Shown: in pieces, positions 50,634 through 60,977 of the stretch | How the letters are laid out: every line of letters starts with the position of its first letter | Numbering within the stretch: the stretch's first letter is position 1 | Assembly: GCA_963832165.1 (NCBI GenBank) | Contig: CAWHTE010000008.1 | Location: forward strand, 70,250-134,249 | Reading direction: 5' to 3' | Source of the DNA: an uncultured delta proteobacterium | Lineage (GTDB): Bacteria > Myxococcota_A > UBA9160 > SMWR01 | Length of the DNA stretch: 64,000 nucleotides | Translations under genes and position numbers: made by a program | Notes under the pieces: generated by a model | Seen by the model: the letters and a program-made list of their open reading frames with translations, nothing else | Told to the model about the DNA's origin: nothing | Databases searched by the model: none

Positions 50634-53090
50634 TCAGTCAGGATCGGTCGCTCGGCACCGCGCACGGCGTAGCAGAGCCACGAGCGCCGCGCCCGCCGCC
50701 CACACTGCCGTGAAGCCGGGCTCGGGCACGACCACGACGCGGACCCGGTCGATGTTGTCGATCCGGGCATAGGGAGTGGCGGGATCGCCCTCGCGTTGTG
50801 AGGTGGCGCGAATCGCGGGGAAGTAGGTGCCGGGTGTCGCGTAGCTCTGCGTGACCTGAAGGGCGACCGTCTCTTGAACGGGAGCCGCGGCGTCGGTCCA
50901 CTCGCCGGGGCCCTCGCCGTCGAAGTCCCATTCCGCGCTCACCACTTTGCCCGCGCCGGGCGGGGTCTCGATATTCGCGGTGAAGGTGACGCTCTGGCCG
51001 ACCGCCACGTCGACGCGCTTGCCGTTCGCCTCGTTCACGCAGGCGGTCGCCGCGCCGCACGAAACCATCAGCTCGGGCACCGGCTGAATACCCTTGCGAT
51101 CCGCGGCTGTCGGCTTCAGCGCGATCGCGTTGTCGACCACGTCGTAGCTGCTGCTGCCCGGAGGTGGCACGCCCTGCTCGGCCCACGCCTCGAGGTCGCG
51201 CAGCCCCTGCTCCAGCACACCCCGGTAGGAGACGGTCCGCGTGCTAGTTCCTCCGCCTCCGGTGTGCTCAGCGTGGTCGGTGTAGTAGAGGCGGAAGTGA
51301 TCGTCGAGGCTCTGCCCCTGGGCCTCTTTGTCGGCTTTCACCACGGTGCGGTACCAGTCGGCGCACCATGCAAAGGCGTCGATATCCATCACGCTCTGTG
51401 CGACGAGCACCTTGGTGGAGTCGTGGAAGTGGCCGGTGCTGACGGAGCCCGCCGAGTTGTAGTTGCCGACCGGACCCACGAGCGGCGCGGGACGCTGCGG
51501 GTATTTGGGGGTGCTGTCGGGGTTCCGGAACTGATCCCAGCCATAGAGGGCGCTGCCCGCCGGAATGCCCCCGAAGACATCGTCATCGTACGGAACCTGG
51601 TGGCGGTGATGGGTCTGGAGAGCGAGATACAGCGAGTTCTCGACCCGCACCTGATCGCCGATCGAGATCATGTTCACGACGGCGGGGTCCTCGCCGCCTC
51701 CGAAGATGATTGTGTTGGTGGTCGTCTCCACCATCCCGATCTTGACCCGCTTGCCGGCGGCAGCTCCGGTCACCATGTACAGGTGGAAATCGTTCGTATA
51801 GTCGTGGATACCTGCGGGCAGACTCTCCAGCGTGACCGCTCTCACGGGTCCACTGACGTACTGCGAGAGCATGAAGAGGTTGTAGGTGGGGCCTAGCAGG
51901 TTGTAATCGGGCACCGGTACTGGCGGCGTGGCTGCGATGACGCTCGTCGAATGCTCGACCCGTGCCGCCCTGACGTCATCTCCCGTCGCCGACGCCTCGG
52001 TGCCGAGGTAGCCGGGAAGCGTCCAGAAGTCGTCGGCGTAGGTCGGATCCATGATCGGCGCATAGGCGGCGACGAGGAAGAAAGGCCCTCCGGCCAGCCC
52101 GGCGTGCTGGTGCCATCCGCGCTGCGGGAACCCCAGCAGCGTCGCTTCCTGGAGCGCCCCGGCCTCCACCTCGTTCAGCGTGAGATACGGGTTGCCGCTG
52201 CCACCCGGGTCGATCGCGTCCATCACCTCGGGCCACTTGTTCCGTTTCCGCAGTACGCGCAGCGCGTGGAGCCGCACGGTGAAGTCGCCCGGGATCGCAA
52301 GCGGGTGTCCCATCACGAACGGAAGAACGCCGTCCCACACGCCGATCGTGTGCTCCGCGTTGGTGATCGAGATGTATGCGCCGCCGCTCCCGCCGTAGAT
52401 GTATCCGTAGGGACGGTGCTCGTAGCCGTAGATCGCCTGCGCCAGCACGCGCGAGTACTTCGCCGCGGCCGCGGCGACCCGGTATTGCGAATCCGGATAG
52501 CCAAACGCGCCGATCGCATCCCGGGCGGCCAGTGCGTAGTCCTGATAGGGACTGTATTCCACGAGATACGCGCCGCTGGCGGCGGCATGGTCGACCTCGT
52601 TCGTCCCCAGGAACACTCCGAACGGCGACAGGTCGCGGACCGCCTCGGGTACATCCACGGCGGCCAGTTCGCCCGTCAACCGAAGCTGGTGGACGGCACC
52701 CACGTAGAACCGCCCCTCGTACCCCTGCAGCGGGAAGTAGTACGCGAACGTGGCGGGCGTGGTCTCCAGACCCGGCCCCGGGGTCGAGTCGGCGAATCGG
52801 CCGTGAACGAGGATGAATTCGGTAATCGTGGGTGGAGCTGTGGTCCCGACCGTCACGGCATCGATGATCGGTGTGTTGTACCTCGGATCGACGCAATCCT
52901 CGGTAATCAGGAGCGGAGCGTCGGTCCCCCGGTTGAAGCGCTCGTACGGCGCGATCGGGTCCTGGGACCCAGGGAGGCATTCGCCTCCGGGCGCGTGTTG
53001 CGGCTCATGCGCGGAAACCGCTGACGTCGCACCTAACAGTGCCACCGCCGCGCCGAGCGCGGTCAGCGCCAGTCGTCTGTCACGCTTCAT
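50634..53090 (-). CDS. Secreted alpha/beta-hydrolase-like (tannase-like) protein with PKD domain and PEP-CTERM anchor
   Basis: Signal peptide (MKRDRR...AVSA), YIYGGSGG, DIDAF, DHAEH, WDFDG/SYATPGTY PKD, then VPEP + TM + RRAR. Confidence 0.82.
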   Translation of the reverse strand: MKRDRRLALTALGAAVALLGATSAVSAHEPQHAPGGECLPGSQDPIAPYERFNRGTDAPLLITEDCVDPRYNTPIIDAVTVGTTAPPTITEFILVHGRFADSTPGPGLETTPATFAYYFPLQGYEGRFYVGAVHQLRLTGELAAVDVPEAVRDLSPFGVFLGTNEVDHAAASGAYLVEYSPYQDYALAARDAIGAFGYPDSQYRVAAAAAKYSRVLAQAIYGYEHRPYGYIYGGSGGAYISITNAEHTIGVWDGVLPFVMGHPLAIPGDFTVRLHALRVLRKRNKWPEVMDAIDPGGSGNPYLTLNEVEAGALQEATLLGFPQRGWHQHAGLAGGPFFLVAAYAPIMDPTYADDFWTLPGYLGTEASATGDDVRAARVEHSTSVIAATPPVPVPDYNLLGPTYNLFMLSQYVSGPVRAVTLESLPAGIHDYTNDFHLYMVTGAAAGKRVKIGMVETTTNTIIFGGGEDPAVVNMISIGDQVRVENSLYLALQTHHRHQVPYDDDVFGGIPAGSALYGWDQFRNPDSTPKYPQRPAPLVGPVGNYNSAGSVSTGHFHDSTKVLVAQSVMDIDAFAWCADWYRTVVKADKEAQGQSLDDHFRLYYTDHAEHTGGGGTSTRTVSYRGVLEQGLRDLEAWAEQGVPPPGSSSYDVVDNAIALKPTAADRKGIQPVPELMVSCGAATACVNEANGKRVDVAVGQSVTFTANIETPPGAGKVVSAEWDFDGEGPGEWTDAAAPVQETVALQVTQSYATPGTYFPAIRATSQREGDPATPYARIDNIDRVRVVVVPEPGFTAVWAAGAALVALLRRARCRATDPD

Positions 53091-53136
53091 CTCGATTACG
53101 GGCACGTCGTTTCCCCGCAATTGTGCGCGCCGCACG

Positions 53137-53173
53137 CGAACAAAGGTTCTCGGATGAGGAAAGATCAGTTCTC
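53137..53173. promoter_or_regulatory. Tandem putative operator sites, 22-bp spacing
   Basis: CGAACAaagGTTCTC at 53137 and GAAAGAtcaGTTCTC at 53159, upstream of the PEP-CTERM gene. Confidence 0.45.
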
Positions 53174-53306
53174 GTATCGAGAGACGACCCCACACCGTGT
53201 CAATCGGATTCACCAAGATCAACTCTTAGCTAGACGAACGAACTAGCTGACGGTCGATCGGGAAGCATGCGCGGAGCAGAGTACGCTGGGCGTGACCGAC
53301 GGTGCT

Positions 53307-54110
53307 TCAGTCGCTGCCGAAAATGTGCTTGCTCAGGCTGTCGACGAGAAGCACTCGCTCGCGGCGCGCGGCGGCCGAGCTCGGCGCGTAACCCGCCACG
53401 TCGTCTTCGAGTCCCCAGTTGCACACCGGACCGTGCGGCAGCCGCTCGAGTCCGATCCTCGCCACATCGACCGGCGATGCGATGCCGTCGGGCACCGGCA
53501 TCCCCTTCTCGGCGAGCAGCGTGCGGAACGCAGGCGTGTCCGTCGTCACGAGAATCTGGGTGAGCACGTCGACGCCGTGAGGTCTCAGCTCTGCCCAGAG
53601 CGACTCTCCGAAGCAGAGCTCGAACGCCTTGCTCGCAGAGTAGACGGCCATGAAGCTGCCACCGCCGTAGCACGCACCGGAGTTGACGAGCAGCAGCCCG
53701 CCCCTGCCGCGCTTCTTCATGAGACCGCCGAAGTGATGGCAGCACCGCACCGTCGTCACGACGTTGCGCTGCACGAGCTCGAGCCAGACCGCCGCGTCCT
53801 TCTCGAGAAAGCGCGAGCCGTTGGGATCCGCGCCCGCGTTGCTCACGAAGAGCCCGACCTCGCGTTCACCGACCGCGGCGACGATCCGATCGAGCGCATC
53901 GGGCGCGGCCAGGTCGACGCTCGCCGTGACACACTCGACTCCGCTCTCGGCGTGGATCTCCTTCGCCAACGCGGCCAGCGGCTCCGCGCGCCGCGCGACG
54001 AGGATGCACGACACGCCGTTCGCGGCGATCTGGCGCGCGAATTCGCGCCCGGTGCCTTCGGACGCGCCCGCGACGAGCGCCCAGGGTCCATAGCGATCGG
54101 CAAAGCTCAT
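53307..54110 (-). CDS. SDR oxidoreductase
   Basis: YGPWALVAGASEGTG, SNAG, YSASK. Confidence 0.9.
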   Translation of the reverse strand: MSFADRYGPWALVAGASEGTGREFARQIAANGVSCILVARRAEPLAALAKEIHAESGVECVTASVDLAAPDALDRIVAAVGEREVGLFVSNAGADPNGSRFLEKDAAVWLELVQRNVVTTVRCCHHFGGLMKKRGRGGLLLVNSGACYGGGSFMAVYSASKAFELCFGESLWAELRPHGVDVLTQILVTTDTPAFRTLLAEKGMPVPDGIASPVDVARIGLERLPHGPVCNWGLEDDVAGYAPSSAAARRERVLLVDSLSKHIFGSD

Positions 54111-54119
54111 CGGAGCCTC

Positions 54120-54866
54120 CTACAGGTACATCCCGCCGTTCACGCCGATCAGCTGGCCCGTGATGTAGCCGCCCCGCTCGGAGCACAGGAACGAGCACGC
54201 CCCCGCAATGTCTTCGGGCGTGCCGGCGCGGCCGAGCGGGATGAACTTCGCGACCACGTCCACACCCGGGAAATCACCGCTCGCCTCGGCCGAACGCGCC
54301 ATCGGCGTGTCGACGAGCGACGGCGGGATCGTGTTGACGGTGATGCCGTGGCGGGCGAGCTCGTGAGCGAGTGCCTTCGTGAGACCGATCACGCCGCCCT
54401 TCGACGCGACGTAGTGCGCCATGCGAGGTGCGCCGGACTGCGCGCTCGACGAGGAAATCGTGACGATCCGGCCCCAGCCGGCTTCGATCATGTCCGGAAT
54501 CGCGGCCTGCGCGCAGTCGAACGTCCCGGTGAGGTTGACGGCGATCATGCGGTCCCAGAGCTCGGGCGTGATGTCGAGGACCGAGTCGAACGACTCGATC
54601 CCCGCGCTCGTCACGAGAATCGTCACGGGCCCGAGCTGCCCGCGGATCTTCGCGAACCCCTGCTGGATCGCGGCGCGGTCGGCCACGTCGACCTGGACGG
54701 CGATCACCGTTCGCCCCTGCTTCCGCAGCTCGGCCGCTGCCGCCTCGGCAGCGGCGCCCGAGCGGTCGAGCAATGCCACGGCGTGTCCGTCGGCCGCGAG
54801 CTCGCGAGCGATGCCCAGCCCGATCCCCGACGCGGCGCCCGTCACGACTGCCACGCGCCCACTCAT
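54120..54866 (-). CDS. SDR oxidoreductase
   Basis: TGAASGIG, SSSSAQSGAP.MAHYVASKGG (shared with 29944-30684). Confidence 0.9.
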   Translation of the reverse strand: MSGRVAVVTGAASGIGLGIARELAADGHAVALLDRSGAAAEAAAAELRKQGRTVIAVQVDVADRAAIQQGFAKIRGQLGPVTILVTSAGIESFDSVLDITPELWDRMIAVNLTGTFDCAQAAIPDMIEAGWGRIVTISSSSAQSGAPRMAHYVASKGGVIGLTKALAHELARHGITVNTIPPSLVDTPMARSAEASGDFPGVDVVAKFIPLGRAGTPEDIAGACSFLCSERGGYITGQLIGVNGGMYL

Positions 54867-56152
54867 CGCGGCGCGTCCACGGGCGTGAACTCGAGATGAA
54901 GGCTGTGCATGCCGCGCAGGACCCACGTCGGCTCGTACTGGAAGCGCCGCGCACTGGCGGGTCCGTGGTGCTCCTCGGAGAGCCGGATGTCGCGCATGCG
55001 GTCGAGGATCCGCTCGAGGCTGACCTTCGCCTCGACGCGAGCTAGCGGGCCGCCCGGGCAGACGTGGTGGCCGCGGCCGAACGCGAGGTGCTCCTTGCCG
55101 TTGGCGCGGTCGATGCGGAACTCCGCGGGACGCTCGAAACGGCGCGGGTCCCGGTTGGCCGCGCCGTTCAGCATCACGAGCGGGGTGCCGGCCGGAATCT
55201 CCACGCCGGCGAGCTTGGTCGTGCGGCGTACGAGGCGGAAGTCGCTCTTGACCGGGCTCTCGATCCGAAGCGCCTCCTCGATGAAGTCGGGGATCCGATC
55301 GCGGTGACTTCGGACCTCCTCCTGAAGCTCCGGATACTCGGCGAGGTACTTCAGTGCGGTGGCGAGCAGCCGTGCCGTCGTCTCCTGGCCGGCCGCGAAC
55401 AGGAACGTCGCCGTCCGCACGACGTTCGTCACGTCGGGAATCGACCCGTCGGGATACTTGGCCAGCGCCAGCTCGGTCAGCACGTCCTTTCGCGGCTCGC
55501 GCCGGCGCTCCTCGATGTACTTGTTGAACCACTCGTCGAGGAATCCGAGCGCGTTGAGCTCTTCCATCTGCTCGCCGCTGATCTGGCCGGGTGCAGCCCG
55601 AGTGAGCAGGCGCTTGCGAAACAACGGGTGGTCGGTTTCGGGCACGCCGAGCAGGTCGGCGATCACAAGCGTGGCGAACGGCTGGGAGTACGCCGCGATG
55701 AACTCGCACTTGCCGTCGCCGAGGAACTCGTCGAGCTGTTGATCGGCGAGGCGCCACATGAACTCCTCGTTCTCCTTGAGGCGCCTCGGCGTGATCAGCC
55801 GCATCAGCAGTGCCCGCTCCCGCGAGTGCTCGGGCGGATCCATCGTGACCATGTGCTCGTGCATCGGGAGCTGGTCGCGGTGACGGGCGATGATCTCGCT
55901 GATGTCGTCGCCCTCGAGGCGGACCGGGAACGCTGCGAACGGGCCGACCACCGAGTTGCACGACGAGAACGTGTCGGGGTCCTTGTAGACGGTCACCGCC
56001 TCGTCGTAGCCCGTCACCGCCACCACGCCGTGGTGCGGCAGACGCAACACCGGACCCTGCGCGCGCAGGTAGTCGAAGTACGGGTACGGATCTTCGATCA
56101 GCGACGGGTCGGTGAAGAAGTCGATCTTCTCGAACCGCTCGAGCTGGCTCAA
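54863..56152 (-). CDS. Cytochrome P450 (paralog of 18259-19524)
   Basis: AAGQETT, EEALR, FGRGHHVCPG. Confidence 0.93.
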   Translation of the reverse strand: MSQLERFEKIDFFTDPSLIEDPYPYFDYLRAQGPVLRLPHHGVVAVTGYDEAVTVYKDPDTFSSCNSVVGPFAAFPVRLEGDDISEIIARHRDQLPMHEHMVTMDPPEHSRERALLMRLITPRRLKENEEFMWRLADQQLDEFLGDGKCEFIAAYSQPFATLVIADLLGVPETDHPLFRKRLLTRAAPGQISGEQMEELNALGFLDEWFNKYIEERRREPRKDVLTELALAKYPDGSIPDVTNVVRTATFLFAAGQETTARLLATALKYLAEYPELQEEVRSHRDRIPDFIEEALRIESPVKSDFRLVRRTTKLAGVEIPAGTPLVMLNGAANRDPRRFERPAEFRIDRANGKEHLAFGRGHHVCPGGPLARVEAKVSLERILDRMRDIRLSEEHHGPASARRFQYEPTWVLRGMHSLHLEFTPVDAPR

Positions 56153-56224
56153 TGCGCGCCCTCCTGCCCCGCGAGGCCGGGCGCGTCCCGGCGACTCGCT
56201 GTACGCTTCCGCCCATTGGGCGAC

Positions 56225-56256
56225 TGCTCAGCACCGTGCTGAGCGTCTGCTTAGCA
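56225..56256. promoter_or_regulatory. Palindromic operator (TGCTnAGC repeats) between divergent P450 and TetR genes
   Basis: GCTCAGCAC-C-GTGCTGAGC (56226-56244) overlaps TGCTGAGC-gtct-GCTTAGCA. Confidence 0.65.
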
Positions 56257-56927
56257 TGGTGCGGGTCATGAGGTCAAGCACGGAAACGCCGGCGCGGCGA
56301 CGGAGTACCGGCCAGAAGCGCGCCCGCAAACGCGGCGGGGGCGACGCGGCTCTCCGACGGATCGGAACCGAGAGCTCGGCCACCCGCACGACGCTGCTCG
56401 ACGCAACCGAGCGCCTGCTCCTGGACGAGGGCTACGCCGCCGTGAGCTCGCGACGCGTCGCGGCCGAGGCGGGCGTGAAGCCGGCCCTAGTCCACTACTA
56501 CTTTCGCACCATGGACGACCTGTTCCTCGCCGTGTTCCGGCGCGGCGCAGAGAAGAACCTCGAGCGCCAGGCGCGGGCGCTGGCCTCACCGAGGCGCCTG
56601 CGCGCCTCGTGGGCGCTCAGCCGCGAACCCGCGGGCACGGCACTCATGATGGAGTTCGCCGCGCTGGCGAACCATCGCAAGGCGATTCGCACGGAGATCG
56701 CATCGTACGGCGATCGCTTCCGCGCGATCCAGGTCGACGCGCTGTCGGCCCTCTTCGCACGCGCCGGAATCGACGCGGATGTGTGCCCTCCCCTCGCCGC
56801 CTCCGTCTTGATGACGAGCATCGCCCAGCTGCTCGTGATGGAGAAGGCGCTCGGTATCACCACGGGTCACGCCGAGACGCTCGCGTTCGTCGAGCGCTGT
56901 ATGCGGCAGCTCGACGCCACCGACTAG
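56256..56927 (+). CDS. TetR family transcriptional regulator
   Basis: LLDATERLLLDEGYAAVSSRRVAAEAGVKPALVHYYF; start uncertain. Confidence 0.9.
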   Translation: MVRVMRSSTETPARRRSTGQKRARKRGGGDAALRRIGTESSATRTTLLDATERLLLDEGYAAVSSRRVAAEAGVKPALVHYYFRTMDDLFLAVFRRGAEKNLERQARALASPRRLRASWALSREPAGTALMMEFAALANHRKAIRTEIASYGDRFRAIQVDALSALFARAGIDADVCPPLAASVLMTSIAQLLVMEKALGITTGHAETLAFVERCMRQLDATD

Positions 56928-56938
56928 CAGGAGCCCGC

Positions 56939-58124
56939 GTGGACTTCGATCTCGACCCCCAGGAGCAGGCCTTCGCCGACGAAGTCGAGAAGTGGCTGGT
57001 CGAGAATCACGACCCGGAGGTGATGGACCCGACCCGCGAGAACTTCGCGCAGCTCGTCGATACACCCGAGCGGCGCGCATTCATGAAGAAGCTCGCAGCG
57101 AAGGGGTGGCTCGGGATGACCTGGCCCAAACGGTACGGCGGCCAGGAGATCGAGGGCATCTACGAGTACATCCTCAACGAGGCACTCTCCCGCCACGGTG
57201 CCCCGCAGATCGGCAAGGGCATCGGCATCATCGGCAAGACACTGATCCGCCACGGCAGCGAGAAGCTCAAGCGCGAGTTCCTGCCGAAGATCCTCGACGC
57301 CGAGATCGAGTTCGCACTCGGCTACAGCGAGCCCCAGGCCGGCTCGGACGCCGCGAACATGCAGCTCAAGGCCGTGAAGGTGGAAGGCGGCTGGAAGCTC
57401 AACGGCCAGAAGATCTGGACGACCTCCGCGCACTTCGCCGACTGGTACTGGGTCGGCGCGCGCACCGATCCGGACAAGCCCAAGCACGACGGGATCTCGC
57501 TGTTCCTGATCCCGCTGAATCACTCCGGGCTCGAGATCCAGAGCATGCCGACGATCGCCAAGGACACCACCAACCAGGTGTTCTTCGACGACGTGTTCGT
57601 GCCCGACGACTACCTCGTGGGCGAGCGCGGCAGGGGCTTCCAGTACATCTCCGAGGCGCTCGACCTCGAGCGATTCACGCTGTACACGCTGTCGCCGGTG
57701 CTGGAGCGCACGAAGCTGTTGATCGAGTACGTGAAGCACGGCGAAGCGCGACGGGGTCCCGCTGCGCGACGACTCGCGGATCCGCCGGCTCGTCGCACGC
57801 GTCGCCACGGATACCGCGGCGGCGCGCGCGCTCTCGACGCGCTTCGTATGTGCCGCCAAGGACGTCACCGGCAAGCCGCCTACCGCGCAGGCCTCGCAGT
57901 ACAAGCTGTTCAGCACCGAGCTCGGGCAGCGCGTGTGCCGCGAGGCGCTCGACGTGATCGGCCCGGCGGCTCAGCTCCGCGAGGGGCAGGACGACGCGCC
58001 GCTGCGTGGGCGCTTCGAGCACGCCTACCGCGCGACCGCGGTCGACACGCTGGGCGGTGGATCATCGGAGGTCCAGAAGAACATCATCGCGCGGCGACAT
58101 CTCGGCCTGCCGAAGAACTTCTGA
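56939..58124 (+). CDS. Acyl-CoA dehydrogenase; frameshift near 57750
   Basis: GYSEPQAGSD, GQKIWTT, NQVFFDDV, then GGGSSEVQKNIIA in the next frame. Confidence 0.88.
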
Positions 58125-58127
58125 GCC

Positions 58128-59777
58128 CTACGAGCGCTGCCCGGTCTCCGTGCGCACGCGCGGCTCGAGCAACTCGAGCAATCGCTTCTTGTGGACCTTG
58201 CCGCTGTCCGTGAGCGGAAGCTCGTCGCTCCCCAACACGAACAGGTGTCGCGGGACCTTGTACGAGGACAGCTCGTCGCGCAGACGCGCGCGCACGGCAT
58301 CGGGATCGACCTGCCGCCCCGGCTCGGCCACGACGGCTGCCACCACGAGCTGTCCGCGCACGGGATCGGGCACGCCGACCACGGCGGCGAGCTTGACCTC
58401 CGGAAGCGCCTCGAGCGCAATCTCGACCTCGCGCGGCGCCACGTTCGCTCCCGCGGTCTTGATCATGTCGCCGATCCGCCCTTTGAAGAACAGGTTCCCC
58501 TCCGGATCGAACCAGCCGCCGTCCCCGGTGTGGTAGTACCCGTCGGCGTCGAACGACTCCTCGCGCTCGCGCTTGTAGAGCCCCTGGCAGACGTTGTAGC
58601 CGCGCACACAGATCTCGCCGTACTCGCCGGGGCCGAGGATCTCTCCCGTCTCGGGATCGACCACCTTGTGCTCGACTCCGGGCACCGCGCTACCGAACGT
58701 GCCGCGCAGCGACTCGGGCAGGTCCACCTCCCTGTCGCCCCAGGTGTGGGGGCCGCAGGTCTCCGTCATGCCGAGCGAGTTCGTGCGCAGCTCGAGATCC
58801 GCGGGGCGCTTCTCGGGAGGCATCACCTCGTAGAGCGTTCCGCTGCGCACGCACGAGAAGTCGAACTCGCGCAGTCGCGGGTGCTGTACGAGCGCCTGGG
58901 TCACGGCGGGCCACGCACCCACGACGGTGGCACGCTCGCGCGAGAGGAAGGCCAGCGTGCGGTCGGGATCGAAGCCCTCCTCGCATAGCAATGTCGCGCC
59001 GCGGTACATGCACGGGAGCAGCGAGGCCGCGATGCCGCCCACCCAGAAGAATGGCATCGACGCGTAGATCCGGTCGCTCGCCGTGAAGTCGATGTACTGG
59101 CCGAGGTTGAAGGAATGGCGCACCAGCGTTCCGTGCGTGTGCAGGGCGCCCTTCGGCTCGGCGGTGCTACCGGACGTGTAGATCACCACGGCCGGATCCG
59201 CGGGCGAAACACCTGCCTCGACGAGCTCGAGGAAGTCCGCGTCGATGGCCGGTGCCGCGCGCCGCGCGGCCGCGAAGCTGCCGGGTCCGTCCAGCGCAAA
59301 GTCGCGGGTTGCGCCGCCCCACGCGCGCACCGCGCGCAGCTGCGGCAGCTCGCGCACATACAGCGGCTCGCCCTTGCACTCGGCCAGACCCGGCGCTCCG
59401 CGCTCGAGCCGCGCGAGAAAGTCGTGTCGCAGCATGTTCGAACAGCACAGCAGGGTCTGCACGTCGGCGTGGCGCAGCACCCAGCCGAGCTCGCGTGCCT
59501 GGTAGAAGGTGCTGATCGGGACCGCGAGCGCGCCGATGCGCGTCGCGGCGAAGAACGCGACGAGCCAATCGGGCCCGTTGGGGAACCAGATTCCGACGCG
59601 GCTTCCCTTGCCCACGCCACTCGCGAGCAGCGCGCGTGCGAGCTCGGCCGACTCGCTCTCGGCCTGCGCATAGGTCAGGCGGCGCGCCTCGGTCACTATC
59701 AGCTCACGCGACCCGTACTCGGCGGCCATCCGCCGCAGCAGGACGGGCAGCATCGGCGTGAAGTCGGGAAACGGCAT
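58128..59777 (-). CDS. AMP-binding acyl-CoA synthetase
   Basis: YTSGSTAEPKG, LGMTE, HTGD, GRIGDMIKTAGANV. Confidence 0.92.
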   Translation of the reverse strand: MPFPDFTPMLPVLLRRMAAEYGSRELIVTEARRLTYAQAESESAELARALLASGVGKGSRVGIWFPNGPDWLVAFFAATRIGALAVPISTFYQARELGWVLRHADVQTLLCCSNMLRHDFLARLERGAPGLAECKGEPLYVRELPQLRAVRAWGGATRDFALDGPGSFAAARRAAPAIDADFLELVEAGVSPADPAVVIYTSGSTAEPKGALHTHGTLVRHSFNLGQYIDFTASDRIYASMPFFWVGGIAASLLPCMYRGATLLCEEGFDPDRTLAFLSRERATVVGAWPAVTQALVQHPRLREFDFSCVRSGTLYEVMPPEKRPADLELRTNSLGMTETCGPHTWGDREVDLPESLRGTFGSAVPGVEHKVVDPETGEILGPGEYGEICVRGYNVCQGLYKREREESFDADGYYHTGDGGWFDPEGNLFFKGRIGDMIKTAGANVAPREVEIALEALPEVKLAAVVGVPDPVRGQLVVAAVVAEPGRQVDPDAVRARLRDELSSYKVPRHLFVLGSDELPLTDSGKVHKKRLLELLEPRVRTETGQRS

Positions 59778-59804
59778 CGCCTGGCTCTGGGCCGAGCGCC
59801 GTCG

Positions 59805-60851
59805 TCATGCAGCGCTGATGTCGAGCACCGTACGCGCCACCCTGCCTTCGCGCATGAGATCGAAGGCGCGGTTCACGTCCGAGAGCGGCATCCGTTCGGT
59901 GACGAGCCCCGTCAGGTTCAATCTGCCCTGCAGGAACAGGTCGACGAGCTTGGGCATGTGCTCGCGGAAGCGCGTGCTGCCGTACATGCACCCGATCAGC
60001 TTCTTCTCGCTGAGCGAGAAGCCCGCACCGGGCACGCTGATCTCGCCCGCCCCCATCACGCCGACTACCACGGCGGTGCCGCCCGGGCGCACCATGTCGA
60101 ACGCCTGGCGCGCGGTGGCGGGGCTGCCGATCGCCTCGAACGCGTACTCCGCGCCGAGCCTGCCCGTGAGCTCCTTGACCGCCTTGACCGGGTCGGCCTC
60201 CTTGGCGTTGATCGTATGGGTCGCGCCGAACTTCTTCGCGAGCTCGAGCTTGTAGGGAGCCACGTCGATCGCGATGATCTGGCTCGCGCCGGCCAGCTGA
60301 CAGCCCTGGATGATGTTGAGCCCGACGCCGCCGCAGCCGACCACGGCCGTGATCGCTCCGCCGGGAACCTGCGCGGTGTAGAGTGCCGCGCCCACGCCCG
60401 TCATGACGGCGCAGCCGACCAGCGCGGCCTCCGCCATAGGGATCTCGTTCGGGATCTTCACGACGCCCGAGTCGGTCGTGATCATGTACTCGGCGAACGA
60501 GCCCACGCTGCCCATCTGCAGCACGGGCTTGCCCTTCCAGGTGATCCGCCGGCCGACCGCCGACGCGAGCTCGCGGTCGTTGCACAGATGCGGCCGACCG
60601 CCCAGGCAGTAGTAGCAGTTGCCGCAGAAGGGCTTGAGCGACAGGATCACGCGGTCGCCGGGCTTGACGTAGCTCACGTCCTTTCCGACCTGCTCCACGA
60701 CTCCCGATGCCTCGTGTCCGAGCACCATTGGAATCTGGAGATTGCCCATGCCGTCGACGACGTGCAGGTCGGAGTGGCAGACCCCGCTGCAGACCGTGCG
60801 CACGAGCACCTCGTCGGACCGCAGCTCGGCCAGATCGACGTCCTCGACCAT
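59805..60851 (-). CDS. Zn-dependent alcohol dehydrogenase (class III-like), 5' end apparently missing
   Basis: GVCHSD, GHE, CGNCYYC..C, GCGGVG; homology starts abruptly at PMVEDVDL, and the preceding 23 aa of the ORF are antisense to another gene's tail. Confidence 0.85.
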   Translation of the reverse strand: MVEDVDLAELRSDEVLVRTVCSGVCHSDLHVVDGMGNLQIPMVLGHEASGVVEQVGKDVSYVKPGDRVILSLKPFCGNCYYCLGGRPHLCNDRELASAVGRRITWKGKPVLQMGSVGSFAEYMITTDSGVVKIPNEIPMAEAALVGCAVMTGVGAALYTAQVPGGAITAVVGCGGVGLNIIQGCQLAGASQIIAIDVAPYKLELAKKFGATHTINAKEADPVKAVKELTGRLGAEYAFEAIGSPATARQAFDMVRPGGTAVVVGVMGAGEISVPGAGFSLSEKKLIGCMYGSTRFREHMPKLVDLFLQGRLNLTGLVTERMPLSDVNRAFDLMREGRVARTVLDISAA

Positions 60852-60852
60852 C

Positions 60853-60930
60853 GGCAAGATGACGATGCTCGACGCGCCGACGAACATCGAGAAGTGGACG
60901 CAGGTCTGGAACGAGTACAAGGCGGGCTAG
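60853..60930 (+). pseudogene. 3' fragment of a gene, possibly a polyamine/amine ABC substrate-binding protein
   Basis: GKMTMLDAPTNIEKWTQVWNEYKAG* has coding-like codon usage and resembles PotD-type C-termini; a strong hairpin follows. Confidence 0.5.
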
Positions 60931-60946
60931 CCGCCGCGCCGGGCGC

Positions 60947-60977
60947 TCGCGGGCGGGGGAGTCGCCCCCGCCCGCGA
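60947..60977 (+). terminator. GC-rich 13-bp stem-loop without a U-tract (terminator or mRNA-stabilising hairpin)
   Basis: TCGCGGGCGGGGG-agtcg-CCCCCGCCCGCGA. Confidence 0.6.
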
